NCBI GenBank assembly: GCA_965367815.1
Contig: CBDUKN010000004.1
Coordinates: forward strand, 99,952 to 163,951
Reading direction: 5' to 3'
Origin: an uncultured Thermoprotei archaeon
Lineage (GTDB): Archaea; Thermoproteota; Thermoprotei; Thermofilales; B15-G2
Length of the DNA stretch: 64,000 bases
Part shown: positions 49,703 to 60,124 of the stretch, one piece after another
How the letters are laid out: each line of letters opens with the position of its first letter
How positions within the stretch are numbered: the first letter of the stretch is position 1
Notes under the pieces: generated by a model
What the model was told of the DNA's origin: nothing
The model's input: the letters and a program-made list of their open reading frames with translations, nothing else
The model's database searches: none
Program-made: the position numbers and the translations under genes

Positions 49703-51382
49703 GTGGGGAAGTGGCTCATATGTGCGGCGTGGCCTTATATTAATGCAGTCCCCCACCTAGGTACACTGATAGGTAGCGTATTATCAGCTGATGTAGTTGC
49801 AAGATTTTTGCGGTTAAAAGGAGAGGATGTTGTCTTTGTTAGCGGATCAGATGAACATGGAACACCTATAGAAGTTGAGGCAATAAAACAGAATATTAGC
49901 CCAAAGGAGCTCACCGATAAATATCACGAATTAGTTAAAAAACTATTCAACCAGTGGAACATTTCATTCGATAACTACACTAGAACAGAAAACCCTATTC
50001 ATATAGATTTTGTTAGAAAATTCTACTTAAATCTCTACAAGCGAGGATACATATATGAGCAAGAAATAGAGATGCCCTATTGTCCTAAATGCAACATGTT
50101 TCTACCAGATAGATTTATTGAAGGTGAGTGTCCTTACTGTCACTACGAAAAAGCACGTGGAGACCAATGTGACAAGTGTGGTAGACTATTAGAGCCCATT
50201 AAGCTAATTAATCCTCGATGTAATATCTGCGGAGAGCGGCCAGTAATAAAGAAAACTAAGCACTGGTTCTTCGACTTACCTAAATTAACGGACAAGATTC
50301 GAGACTATATAGAAAAAAATACCAATTTACCTCCAAATGCCCGCAACATGAGTTTATCAATGCTTAAGGAGGGACTAAAGCCCAGAGCTATAACCCGTGA
50401 TAATAAATGGGGCATACCAGCACCTTTCCCCGGGGCTGAGGGGAAAACAATATACGTATGGATGGAGGCAGTACTAGGCTATATTACAGCTACAATAGAG
50501 TACTTTACTAAAAAAGGCGAGCCAGAAAAATGGAAAGAATTCTGGTTTGACAGCAACACTAAAAGCGTATACTTCATAGGGAAAGATAATATACCCTTCC
50601 ACACAATAATCTTCCCCGCATTGCTCATTGCATCAGGCAAAAACTATGTTTTACCTTGGACAGTTTCATCAACAGAGTACCTACTCTTCAAAGGCGAGAA
50701 GTTTTCAAAAAGCAGAAGAATAGGAATATGGATAGACGAAGCACTAAAACTGTTTCCTGTAGACTACTGGAGATTCTCACTTCTTATAAATAGGCCAGAG
50801 AACAAAGATTTCAACTTTACATGGGAGATATTCAGAGATAATATCAATTCACTATTAAATGACACTATAGGAAACTTTGTTCACAGAACTCTTACTTTCA
50901 TCTACAAGAACTTTGATGCAAAAATACCTCAGCCCAAAGAACTTTCGGACGAGGATATAAAAACTATCGAAGAAGCTAAAGCTCTCGTAAAGAAAGTAGA
51001 AAGTCTGTTAAGTGAATTTAAGATAAGAGATGCCTTAATGACGGCAATTTCGCTAGCGTCTCTCGGAAATAGATACTTGAACGACAAAGCTCCGTGGGAG
51101 CTTATAAAGAAAGATAAAGAAAAAGCAGCAGCAGTAATGTATGTAGCAGCCTACATAGTGAAAGCTCTTGCCATAGTACTCTACCCGTTTATTCCATCAA
51201 GTGCACAGAAAATATGGAATCTGCTAGGCTTTAAAGGTAATATTAGTAGCTGGGACGAAGCCTATGTTCTTCTCCCGAAGGCCCAGCAGATAATGAAACC
51301 TGAGCCTTTATTTAAGAAAGTATCTTCGAAGGATCTTGATGAAGCACTGAAGAAGCTAGAGGAACTTAGATCTACTGCCTAA
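49703..51382 (+). CDS. metG: methionine--tRNA ligase
   Basis: HLGT, DEHGTPI, Zn knuckles, GKDNIPFH, KFSKS. Confidence 0.96.
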   Translation: MGKWLICAAWPYINAVPHLGTLIGSVLSADVVARFLRLKGEDVVFVSGSDEHGTPIEVEAIKQNISPKELTDKYHELVKKLFNQWNISFDNYTRTENPIHIDFVRKFYLNLYKRGYIYEQEIEMPYCPKCNMFLPDRFIEGECPYCHYEKARGDQCDKCGRLLEPIKLINPRCNICGERPVIKKTKHWFFDLPKLTDKIRDYIEKNTNLPPNARNMSLSMLKEGLKPRAITRDNKWGIPAPFPGAEGKTIYVWMEAVLGYITATIEYFTKKGEPEKWKEFWFDSNTKSVYFIGKDNIPFHTIIFPALLIASGKNYVLPWTVSSTEYLLFKGEKFSKSRRIGIWIDEALKLFPVDYWRFSLLINRPENKDFNFTWEIFRDNINSLLNDTIGNFVHRTLTFIYKNFDAKIPQPKELSDEDIKTIEEAKALVKKVESLLSEFKIRDALMTAISLASLGNRYLNDKAPWELIKKDKEKAAAVMYVAAYIVKALAIVLYPFIPSSAQKIWNLLGFKGNISSWDEAYVLLPKAQQIMKPEPLFKKVSSKDLDEALKKLEELRSTA

Positions 51383-52646
51383 GTTCACCGACTAAGTAAA
51401 ATGGATTAACGTATTTTACTTTAACTAGAACTCTATCTCCTACCTTTATTTTAGAATTGCCTTTAAATACAACAGGTTTAAATGTGATAGTTCTTCCAGA
51501 GAAGTAGTCTTTTTTATGGTGCTTGGTTACGAGTACCTGTACTTCTTCTCCTAAGTAGTTCAGGTTTTTCTCTAAAGTGATTTTATTAACTAATTTAACC
51601 AACCTGCGGCTTCTAGCTTTTTTAATAGGTTCTGGTACTTGCTTCATGGCGGGCGCTAAAGTAAACGGTCTTATAGTATATCTAGCTACATGTACTTTAT
51701 CTGGTTTAAGTCTATTTAGGAGTCGACATGTGTTTTTAAAAGCTGTTTCATCTTCTCCCGGAAAGCCTACTATTATATCTGTAGCAAATGTTATTTTCTC
51801 AAAGGAATTTAAGAATTTATATATTAGCTTGCAGTATTGTTCAACAGTATATTTTCTTCTCATTAACTTGAGTACATTGTCGTCACCAGATTGGACTGGT
51901 ACATGAATATATTTATATACATGATTATCTTTCATAACAGTAATTAATTCATCTAAAATTCTCATAGCTGTTGATGGTTCCATCATACTTATTTTAAGCC
52001 AATAATCGCCTTTAACATTATTTAATATCATTTTAATTAATTTAGGAAGTGAATAGCCAATGTCTAGACCGTATGCAGCGGCGTCCTGTGCTGTTAAATG
52101 AATGTCTTTGCAGCCTTTTTCAACAGCCTTTTTCACAGCAGCTACTACTTTTTCTGGAGGACAGCTAGTAACTCTGCCCCGAGTATAAGGCATTATGCAG
52201 TAAGCGCAGGAACCAGTGCATCCTACTTCTATGGGAACAAAATATGTTATGTCGTGTGGTTCAGGGAGAATAGAGAAGTTTCTGACAAATCCTCTAAGTA
52301 AAAGTTCTCTTGAGGCGGACTCTACGACTTCGCCTATTTTTTCAACAGCACTAGGTTCTACGAGCGATGCTGAAGGGCATATTTCTGAAATAGTAGCAGG
52401 TCTCGCTTTGGCTAAACAGCCCGCTACTACTATTTTAGCTTTAGGTGCTTTTTCTGAAAGTTCTTTTAATCTCCTAAGTATTTTTCTTTCTGTGTCCTCT
52501 CGTACTGCGCAGGTATTTACTATAATTACATCGGCTTTTCTCCAGTCGTCTATAAAAATAGCTCCTAGTCTCGACAAAATAGTCTTAATTACTTCAGTAT
52601 CTGCTTTGTTTAACCAGCAGCCATAAGTTTCTATGTAAACTTTCAT
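51372..52646 (-). CDS. tRNA methylthiotransferase (MiaB/e-MtaB-like radical SAM)
   Basis: ETYGC, NTCAVR, CTGSCAYC, IIVGFPGE, TRAM domain. Confidence 0.9.
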   Translation of the reverse strand: MKVYIETYGCWLNKADTEVIKTILSRLGAIFIDDWRKADVIIVNTCAVREDTERKILRRLKELSEKAPKAKIVVAGCLAKARPATISEICPSASLVEPSAVEKIGEVVESASRELLLRGFVRNFSILPEPHDITYFVPIEVGCTGSCAYCIMPYTRGRVTSCPPEKVVAAVKKAVEKGCKDIHLTAQDAAAYGLDIGYSLPKLIKMILNNVKGDYWLKISMMEPSTAMRILDELITVMKDNHVYKYIHVPVQSGDDNVLKLMRRKYTVEQYCKLIYKFLNSFEKITFATDIIVGFPGEDETAFKNTCRLLNRLKPDKVHVARYTIRPFTLAPAMKQVPEPIKKARSRRLVKLVNKITLEKNLNYLGEEVQVLVTKHHKKDYFSGRTITFKPVVFKGNSKIKVGDRVLVKVKYVNPFYLVGELRQ

Positions 52647-52704
52647 AGTCTAAGCAGGTATAGAGTTAGCAAGAAAATATATATTTAGTTCTGCTAGATG
52701 CCTA

Positions 52705-54348
52705 GTGATAGTTATGAGAACATCAACATATAAACTACTATCTATGCTACTTATTGTAGCATTAACACTAATGCTGAATATAGGTCAAGGCAAAGCTGTT
52801 ATAAAAATATCTAAGAACATCTACTTAAAGGGAGGATATACAGTTATAGAGGATACAATAGTTTTTTCAGAGAGCTATACTGGAAGCCTTACTTTTAAGT
52901 ATCCTAAAGGGTGGGTGAAGCACATAAATTACACCAAAGTAGTGGTAGTAGATGGAGAGTACGCCAACGTAGTGAGTGTTAGCGAAGACTATGTAAAGTT
53001 AGAAGTAAGAGACTGTAAACAAATAAAATTTTACACAGTATTCTCTGGAATCTACGTATTTAGAAACCGATATGCTTTGACTTTCATCCCCTTAGCGTTA
53101 GCACCTTTAGAGCTGCCAGCCGAGGTAAGCGTTACTTTACATTATCCCACGACAAACATCGAATCAGCACCTTATGGATTCAATGTTTCTGGGTCTCAGG
53201 CTACAGCTTATTACGGTACAGTAAGCGAAGGAACAAATATTCTTCTAAACACTAGCTTTTCATACACTGATGTAACATGGATTATATGTTATAATTTGCA
53301 CAGAACAATTGAGCTTGCAGACTATTCTAAGGCAGTAATAAAGGATACGTATGTCCTAACGAACATAGGGCCTCGAAGTGAGAGTAAGATAGAGTTTAAG
53401 CTACCCAAGTCTGCGAAAGTAGTGAAAGTAGCGGGTGTACTAGGAGAGTATTTCAGAGGCGCTAACCAGGGTAGTTTTACCACTAGAAATACATCTGATT
53501 TCCTCATATTAGAAGTAAGATTCAGGCATTCTACTAGAGGAGGAGAAAAAATAATATTGACGATAGTCTACGAAGTGCCGCTAATAAAGGAAAATGACAA
53601 GTATGTAGTCAAAGGAGCATTTTCTTCAAACGGAGTCTACGTCATAAAGAGTACAGTAATAGTGAAGGTAGAAGGCAGCCTAAATACAATTGAGCCTGAA
53701 CCCTCATATAAATCTGCAGGCGAAGCTAAGTACTTCAACAAAATAGTGCCTATAGCTGAATTAATGAATGAAAATCTCGATATTGCTCTAAAGTTTTCTA
53801 TAAATATGCTAAAAATATACTTACCGTTCATAATATTAGCAGTGTTTATAGTAGTATTATCAGCTATAGGAGTGGCTTATGTAAAACTAATGGGAGTCAA
53901 AAAACCGATTAAAAGGCCTCTATTTGATCAAAGATCTTCAATACTGTCCGATGTAAAAGAAGATGTAGAGAAACTGTACAATGTTGTAGAAAGAGTAGAA
54001 AGCCTCTCGAGAGCTGTGCGAGACAAGAAGATAAGTAGAAGAGCATTCCAGCTACAGAAAAGAAATATCGAAAAGGATATCGATAGTCTATCAGAAGAAA
54101 TTAAGAATAAAGTAAAAAGTCTGAGTGAGCTAGACTCAAGATTTTCGACACCCGCTACTAGACTCTATGAAAGAGTAAATGAAATGCTTAAACTCTGCAA
54201 AGATACTCTATCGCTAATAGATAGCTATACTACGAAGCGAATAAAACTAAAAGAACTAACAAGTACAGTCGAGATCAACGTTAGCAAAATGAAACGAGTT
54301 CTTTCGACAATAGAGGAAATAGTGTTAGACATGGAAGATATGCTTTAA
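52705..54348 (+). CDS. ribophorin-I (OST1/RPN1)-like type I membrane protein
   Basis: Signal peptide; LHRTIEL..AVIKDTYVLTNIG, FKLPKSAK, LEVRFRHSTRGGEKIILTIVYEVP; single TM; cytosolic helical bundle. Confidence 0.65.
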   Translation: MIVMRTSTYKLLSMLLIVALTLMLNIGQGKAVIKISKNIYLKGGYTVIEDTIVFSESYTGSLTFKYPKGWVKHINYTKVVVVDGEYANVVSVSEDYVKLEVRDCKQIKFYTVFSGIYVFRNRYALTFIPLALAPLELPAEVSVTLHYPTTNIESAPYGFNVSGSQATAYYGTVSEGTNILLNTSFSYTDVTWIICYNLHRTIELADYSKAVIKDTYVLTNIGPRSESKIEFKLPKSAKVVKVAGVLGEYFRGANQGSFTTRNTSDFLILEVRFRHSTRGGEKIILTIVYEVPLIKENDKYVVKGAFSSNGVYVIKSTVIVKVEGSLNTIEPEPSYKSAGEAKYFNKIVPIAELMNENLDIALKFSINMLKIYLPFIILAVFIVVLSAIGVAYVKLMGVKKPIKRPLFDQRSSILSDVKEDVEKLYNVVERVESLSRAVRDKKISRRAFQLQKRNIEKDIDSLSEEIKNKVKSLSELDSRFSTPATRLYERVNEMLKLCKDTLSLIDSYTTKRIKLKELTSTVEINVSKMKRVLSTIEEIVLDMEDML

Positions 54349-54412
54349 CTATCTCGATAATAAGTTTAGTTGAATAGTTTTATAAGCCTCCTCGTTTACT
54401 AGTAATGAGACT

Positions 54413-54595
54413 ATGCCAAAGCCTATAGTAGACGAGGAAAAGTGTACAGGTTGCGGTACATGCGTTTCAGTATGTCCAGTAGGCGTCTATGAAATCTCTG
54501 AAGGAAAAGCAAAAGTAGTAAATCCTGATGCATGCATCGGTTGCAGAGCCTGCGAGGCCCAGTGTCCTGCTGGCGCAATTAAAATAGAGGAATAA
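54413..54595 (+). CDS. 2[4Fe-4S] ferredoxin
   Basis: Two CxxCxxCxxxCP motifs. Confidence 0.95.
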   Translation: MPKPIVDEEKCTGCGTCVSVCPVGVYEISEGKAKVVNPDACIGCRACEAQCPAGAIKIEE

Positions 54596-54599
54596 GGTC

Positions 54600-55994
54600 A
54601 TGGGTAAGATAGGAATAATTTTTCTTAACCCTTCTTCTATTAAGCACGAACTTAAGGAAGGTAAAATAGTATTCTCTATTTACGGATTAGGATACGTCGG
54701 CCTGACTTTAGCTGCTGTATGGCTACGCGCCGGAGCAAAGGTAATAGGCGTTGATATAGACCTTGAAAAACTCGAGAAAATAAATAAATTGAAGTATAAT
54801 TTTTCCGAAAAAGAAATAGAAGATGCTGTTAAAACAGGTTTTTCTGAAGGGAGATTCTCTATAACAAATAATGGTATTGAGGCATCAAAAGAAAGTGATG
54901 TTAAAATTATAACTGTGCCTATTTATTTAGAAAACGGTAAACCTGTTTTAAAGGCTATTGAAAGCGTAGCTTGTACTATTGCTAAGGGGTTATGCAGAGG
55001 CGATTTAGTAATTGTGGAGTCTTCAGTTCCTCCTGGAACAACTTTTTATGTCAAACAGCTTCTTGAGAAGTATTCAGGTTTAAGTGCCGAGAAAGACTTC
55101 GGGCTGGGATATAGTCCTGAGAGAATATATGTTGGAAGAGGAGTTAAAGACATTGAAGAAAGATATCCCAAAATAGTTAGTGGTGTAGGTGAAAGAAGCG
55201 TTAAGGTAATAAAGGCTCTTTATGAGGCAGTATGTAGAAAAGGTGTAATAGTAGCTAGTAGTCCAGTAGTAGCAGAAGTAGAAAAACTCTTCGAAGGAAT
55301 ATATCGTGACGTAAATATAGCTCTAGCGAACGAGCTTGCTAGACTATGCCGTAAACTCGAGATTGATTACCGAGAAGTTAGGGCTCTTTCAAATAGTCAG
55401 CCCTACTGTCATTTACATTTGCCAGGAACAGGTGTAGGAGGAGCATGTATTCCAGTATATCCGCTATTTATTCTAAGTACTGCTAAAAAATACGGCGAAG
55501 AATTAATCCTAGTTAAATTAGCGAGAAAAATTAACTCTGAGCAACCATATAAAATAGTGGAGCTGTGTATAGAAGCCTGCAAAGAAATAGGTGTATTGAA
55601 GCCAAAAATATGTGTGCTTGGATTAGCTTTTAGAGGAGATGTTGATGATACGAGACTTTCTCCAACATACTTTCTCATTGAGTCTCTTTTGTCGAAATTA
55701 GAGGGCTGTACAATAGTGGTTCACGATCCCTTTGTAATAAAAGATAAATTTATTGAAAGTAGGGGGCTCGAGCTGACGTCTGAGCTTAATTATGCTTTAA
55801 GTGGTGCTGATATAATTATACTGGCAACAGATCATAGTCTCTATAAAAAATTGACGTTAAAGGATATTAAAAATATTTCAGGAAAAGAAAAGGTTGCCGT
55901 TATTGACGCCCATAATGTATTTCTTGATTGGCGTAATCCTCCTAAAGGAGTGATATATGTAGGTAGTGGGAGACCATGGGTGAAAAATCTCTAA
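54600..55994 (+). CDS. UDP-N-acetylhexosamine dehydrogenase (WecC/WbpA family)
   Basis: [32 protein letters not shown]. Confidence 0.9.
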   Translation: MGKIGIIFLNPSSIKHELKEGKIVFSIYGLGYVGLTLAAVWLRAGAKVIGVDIDLEKLEKINKLKYNFSEKEIEDAVKTGFSEGRFSITNNGIEASKESDVKIITVPIYLENGKPVLKAIESVACTIAKGLCRGDLVIVESSVPPGTTFYVKQLLEKYSGLSAEKDFGLGYSPERIYVGRGVKDIEERYPKIVSGVGERSVKVIKALYEAVCRKGVIVASSPVVAEVEKLFEGIYRDVNIALANELARLCRKLEIDYREVRALSNSQPYCHLHLPGTGVGGACIPVYPLFILSTAKKYGEELILVKLARKINSEQPYKIVELCIEACKEIGVLKPKICVLGLAFRGDVDDTRLSPTYFLIESLLSKLEGCTIVVHDPFVIKDKFIESRGLELTSELNYALSGADIIILATDHSLYKKLTLKDIKNISGKEKVAVIDAHNVFLDWRNPPKGVIYVGSGRPWVKNL

Positions 55995-56593
55995 AAAAGG
56001 TATTTATTCATCCTACAGCTGTAGTTGAGGAGGGAGCAGAGATAGGCGAAGGTACTAGAATATGGCACTTTGTACATGTTAGAAGTGGAGCAAAAATAGG
56101 GAAAAATTGCAATATCGGAAAGGACTGCTACATAGATGTTGGAGCAGTTATAGGAAATAATGTGAAAATACAGAATGGGGTATCAATATATAGAGGAGTA
56201 ATTCTAGAAGATGATGTCTTCGTAGGACCTTATGCAGTGTTTACAAACGATCTCTATCCTCGGTCTTTTGTAAAGGACTGGAAGTTAGTTAAAACTTTAG
56301 TGAAAAAAGGTGCTAGCATAGGAGCTAACGCGACTATAGTATGTGGTGTGGTTATAGGCGAGTACGCTATGGTCGGTGCGGGATCAGTTGTAACAAAAGA
56401 TATTCCTCCTCATGGTCTTGTATACGGGAACCCAGCTCGGCTTAGAGGATTTGTATGCTTCTGCGGAAGACCTCTAAGAAATATTATTTCTATAAATGAT
56501 AAAGAAGTAGTTTATTTATGTGAATACTGTAAAAAAGAAGTACATATTAAAAGAGAACACTATGATAGGATGCTTAAAGAAAGAAACCTATGA
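55976..56593 (+). CDS. hexapeptide-repeat N-acetyltransferase (WbpD-like)
   Basis: IHPTAVV, IWHF, KIQN, FTND, YGNPAR. Confidence 0.88.
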   Translation: MGEKSLKKVFIHPTAVVEEGAEIGEGTRIWHFVHVRSGAKIGKNCNIGKDCYIDVGAVIGNNVKIQNGVSIYRGVILEDDVFVGPYAVFTNDLYPRSFVKDWKLVKTLVKKGASIGANATIVCGVVIGEYAMVGAGSVVTKDIPPHGLVYGNPARLRGFVCFCGRPLRNIISINDKEVVYLCEYCKKEVHIKREHYDRMLKERNL

Positions 56594-56647
56594 AAGCAGT
56601 TTTTAGACAAATGTATTAAAATTTAAATTTAAGTGTGACTATGTGGC

Positions 56648-57301
56648 GTGAGTACTATGAGAATAGTATTGCTCGGGCCTCCAGGTATAGGTAAGGGATC
56701 TTATGCAAAAGAATTGTCTAAACGGCTAGGTATACCACATATTTCTACAGGAGACATTTTCAGGGAAGAAATAAAGAAAGAAACCGAGCTTGGTAAGAAG
56801 GTTAAGGAATATGTAGAAAAAGGAGAGCTGGTTCCCGACGAAATAGTAATAGAGGTAGTTAGAAATAGGCTTTCTCAGCCTGATTGCCAAAAAGGGTTTA
56901 TCTTAGATGGTTTTCCGAGAACACTGAATCAAGCAAAAGCTTTAGATGAAATTACAAAGATAGACATAGTGTTTAATTTTGAAGCACCAATTGAAGTTAT
57001 AATAGATAGAGTTAGCGGAAGAAGAATTTGTAAAAAATGTGGAGCTATTTATCACATAAAGTATAATCCTCCCAAAAAAGATGGTATTTGCGACATTTGT
57101 GAAGGCGAGCTTTATCAAAGAGAGGACGACAAGCCGGAAATAGTTAAGCACAGACTTGAAGTATATAATAAGCAATTTAAGCCGATCGTAGAATATTATA
57201 AAGAAAAAGGAATTTTAGTTACAGTCAACGCAGCTAGAAAAATAAATAAAGTAGTTGACGAGTGTATTGCAATACTGAAGAGAAAGCTAAATATTGACTA
57301 G
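56648..57301 (+). CDS. adk: adenylate kinase (bacterial type, Zn-LID)
   Basis: GPPGIGKG, HISTGD, LDGFPR, CKKC...CDIC, QREDD. Confidence 0.93.
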   Translation: MSTMRIVLLGPPGIGKGSYAKELSKRLGIPHISTGDIFREEIKKETELGKKVKEYVEKGELVPDEIVIEVVRNRLSQPDCQKGFILDGFPRTLNQAKALDEITKIDIVFNFEAPIEVIIDRVSGRRICKKCGAIYHIKYNPPKKDGICDICEGELYQREDDKPEIVKHRLEVYNKQFKPIVEYYKEKGILVTVNAARKINKVVDECIAILKRKLNID

Positions 57302-58174
57302 CTTTAATGCGTTTTCATATAGTATATTTTTCAATGCTATTTTGCTCAAATTAAGTTCTTTTAGTGCGTTTAAATGCTTGCCATTTACTCCGAATTGTGA
57401 AGCATCTGTATCTATACATGGAAAGTCTGTACCAAAAAGTACTTTATTAGAGAATTTTTCTAGAAAGTCTTTTGCATAACTAGTATCGCGAGTAATAGCG
57501 TTAAGACCTGATTTAGCAGAAAGGTCTGCGTATATGTTATCGTATTTAGAGAGTAGTTTCTCTACGTATCCTCCGGGCTTTATCTTTCCTGCAGGATAGT
57601 CTACGTCCTGTGGAACTTCTGCTGAAATGTGTTTCCACCATCCTGGTCCGTGAAGTATAAAAATTGTATGAGGACATTTCTCTAATACTTCGACTAGCTT
57701 ATAAATATCAGGGTTGAATTTATTGTTCATATGAATTAATACGGGCATTTCAAAATCACCCGCTTTTTCATATAGTTTTACTGAACGAGGGTCGTTTACT
57801 GGAAGATTTACCTTAAATTCTCCTAATCCTTTACATCCTTTTCTATGGTATTTTTCAAGAATACTTGTAGCACTAGGTACTCGAGGGTCTATTGCACAGA
57901 AGGGAATTAGTCTATGAGGATATTTTTTACATAGTCTAAGCACAGTTTCTGTAGAAACAATGTTGCTATCAGGTTCTACTTTGCCAGGAAGTGGCAGTAA
58001 CCATACTGCTGCTATTTGTTTTTCAGTCATGTAGTCGAGTAAGTCATTTAACGTGACTTTGATAAATCCTTTTACTAAAGGAGACCATGCTTTTATGCTG
58101 CCTATGTGTGTATGGATATCTATTATCCTGTCTTCTGCCATATTTACACTAATACTCAGTAAAGAAGAACTCAA
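57287..58174 (-). CDS. amidohydrolase-2 family protein
   Basis: DIHTH, GLGE, LIH, ILHG, LFGTD. Confidence 0.85.
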   Translation of the reverse strand: MSSSLLSISVNMAEDRIIDIHTHIGSIKAWSPLVKGFIKVTLNDLLDYMTEKQIAAVWLLPLPGKVEPDSNIVSTETVLRLCKKYPHRLIPFCAIDPRVPSATSILEKYHRKGCKGLGEFKVNLPVNDPRSVKLYEKAGDFEMPVLIHMNNKFNPDIYKLVEVLEKCPHTIFILHGPGWWKHISAEVPQDVDYPAGKIKPGGYVEKLLSKYDNIYADLSAKSGLNAITRDTSYAKDFLEKFSNKVLFGTDFPCIDTDASQFGVNGKHLNALKELNLSKIALKNILYENALKLVNI

Positions 58175-58195
58175 ATATAATATTAGTGTATGTAG

Positions 58196-59053
58196 CTATA
58201 TTTTCGATGCTTTGAAGAAGTATATGGGTCCTGCTTTTTGAATGGAAACTTTATGAAAGCCTTCTCGTTCAATGATCCAGCGAATTTTTGTTTTATTAGG
58301 AGGAGTTATTCCTCCAAAGAGTTTGAGTATAGGTTCTATTAAATTGGGATAATCGTTTTTTTCTCTTAAGGGGTAGCTTCCGTAAAGAGTTCCTCCAAAT
58401 TCTAGCAAGCTATAGGCTTTTGACACTAGGGACTCAATGTCGTAAAGCCATGTTATCGGCGATGTTAGTAATATGGCAAAGATAGGTTCACTTACATATC
58501 TTCCTGCTCTCAGAGGATCTCCATGAATGAATACAACGTTATTTACTTTTTCTAGCTCCATGTAGTCTTTAGCGATTTCAACGTTCTTTTCATCCGCTTC
58601 TATGCCAATAACTTTTCTTCCAGTAACTTTTGCTACTTCTAATGATCCTCTTCCGGTACCGCTATTTAACTCTAGAATTGAGCCTATTTCAGGAATCTTT
58701 ATTTTTCTTCCAATTTCCCGCATTGTTTCGCTGTATACAGGGCTTTCTAAGAGGAATTCTATAAGCATGCGTACACAGCCCATATTTTCTCTGGAAAAGT
58801 CCTCCACGATTGACAGTATATCCTCTATTATTAGCTGAATAGCTTTCTGGAATAGACTCTCCCATGCATTTGATATAAAAGGCACAAAGGGTTGCTTCGG
58901 TAAAACGTAATCTAATGCTTTCAGTATTGAATCCTTATTTTCGAATTTAATGTCTAGGTTTTCTAAAGTCTCTTTAAGCTTAGGTAGTAGCGAAGCAGCT
59001 ATTGTAGCTAAGTTCTCGTATTCTCTAACTAAACTACCTGCGATTATCGTCAT
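58196..59053 (-). CDS. class I SAM-dependent methyltransferase
   Basis: ILELNSGTG, VIGIE, HGD, LEFGG. Confidence 0.75.
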   Translation of the reverse strand: MTIIAGSLVREYENLATIAASLLPKLKETLENLDIKFENKDSILKALDYVLPKQPFVPFISNAWESLFQKAIQLIIEDILSIVEDFSRENMGCVRMLIEFLLESPVYSETMREIGRKIKIPEIGSILELNSGTGRGSLEVAKVTGRKVIGIEADEKNVEIAKDYMELEKVNNVVFIHGDPLRAGRYVSEPIFAILLTSPITWLYDIESLVSKAYSLLEFGGTLYGSYPLREKNDYPNLIEPILKLFGGITPPNKTKIRWIIEREGFHKVSIQKAGPIYFFKASKI

Positions 59054-59871
59054 GTTATCTCCTCAAAGTGTATAACTTCTCTTTTTTCTAATGCCAGTAA
59101 AAATTCTATAGATTCTTTAAGTGCAAAGGGATCTTTAAGCCGTAGAATTTCATATAAAGGCTTTCCTTGAAGGTCTTCTATTTCCTTAATATTAGACCAG
59201 GGGTAATTTTTCTCTAGAAGTGGTCTTACTAGCTCGTAGTATTTTCTAGCTCTCTCATCAACTTTGTACGTGATTTTCATGGATGAAAGCACCAGTGTAA
59301 GTAAATTTTCCATTTTTTCTGAGGGCTCTGTTTCGCAGAATGAATCTATAAGCTGTAAAGCTTTATATAAAGTTTCTATTTTTATTTTATCTCTAGATTT
59401 ATCTATGCTTCTTAGAAACATGTTAAACCATTTATATATTTGGCTTGGAAGTTTAGAAAATGCTATTTCGAGGTCAACTTTATTTAAAACTCCTTTCATC
59501 ATAATATTTGGTCTTTCTTTATATCCTTCTATCACTAGATCCTTATCTTTTAGAATTAGCTTAAATGCTTTTATATTCTTGAAAGAGGTCATATACTTAA
59601 AAGGAATAGTAAAAGATTTTCCAGTTTCGAGGGGGGCTATTAAGCTGTAAACTCTAGATCCTCTCTCATGTCCTTGAGCATCGATGTATATTACAAGTGC
59701 GTGGTCTCTGTGTATATCTACTACGCCAGTCATTCCTATGGGACTATTTTTAGCAGAGATCAGTATGCTTTCATCTATTTCTATTGGAACCCGAGTTTTG
59801 CAGGCGGGACAGTACACGTGGATAACTCTTTTCACATAGATCCCCCTCATTAGTACTATATCATAGAGCAA
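59050..59871 (-). CDS. hypothetical protein with N-terminal CxxC...HxxH metal-binding module
   Basis: CPAC...VVDIHRDHALVIYIDAQGHERG. Confidence 0.65.
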   Translation of the reverse strand: MLYDIVLMRGIYVKRVIHVYCPACKTRVPIEIDESILISAKNSPIGMTGVVDIHRDHALVIYIDAQGHERGSRVYSLIAPLETGKSFTIPFKYMTSFKNIKAFKLILKDKDLVIEGYKERPNIMMKGVLNKVDLEIAFSKLPSQIYKWFNMFLRSIDKSRDKIKIETLYKALQLIDSFCETEPSEKMENLLTLVLSSMKITYKVDERARKYYELVRPLLEKNYPWSNIKEIEDLQGKPLYEILRLKDPFALKESIEFLLALEKREVIHFEEIT

Positions 59872-59914
59872 ATATAAAGTATTTCAGCGCACTACAGACC
59901 ATTGGATTGGTGTC

Positions 59915-59963
59915 TCAGATGGTTGATCCTTCATCAACAGTCAGGCTGGAGAGTATTCATCAT
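59915..59963 (-). ncRNA. box C/D sRNA (16S 5'-end / h27 guides)
   Basis: ATGATGA-atactctccagc-CTGA-ctg-TTGATGA-aggatcaaccat-CTGA with terminal TGTC/GACA stem; divergent from tRNA-Gln. Confidence 0.9.
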
Positions 59964-60018
59964 AGACATAGTGTTTATGGTGAAAAAACTTAAATAGCTT
60001 CTCATTATAATTCATCTC

Positions 60019-60095
60019 AGCCCGGTGGTGTAGCGGTCAAGCATGGGGGGCTCTGGACCCCCAGATCCCGGGTTCGAATCCCGGCCGGGCTACCA
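60019..60095 (+). tRNA. tRNA-Gln(CTG)
   Basis: AGCCCGG stem, GGGGG-CT-CTG-GA-CCCCC, encoded CCA. Confidence 0.95.
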
Positions 60096-60124
60096 ATTAA
60101 GCACACTTTTATTAACTAGTATTT

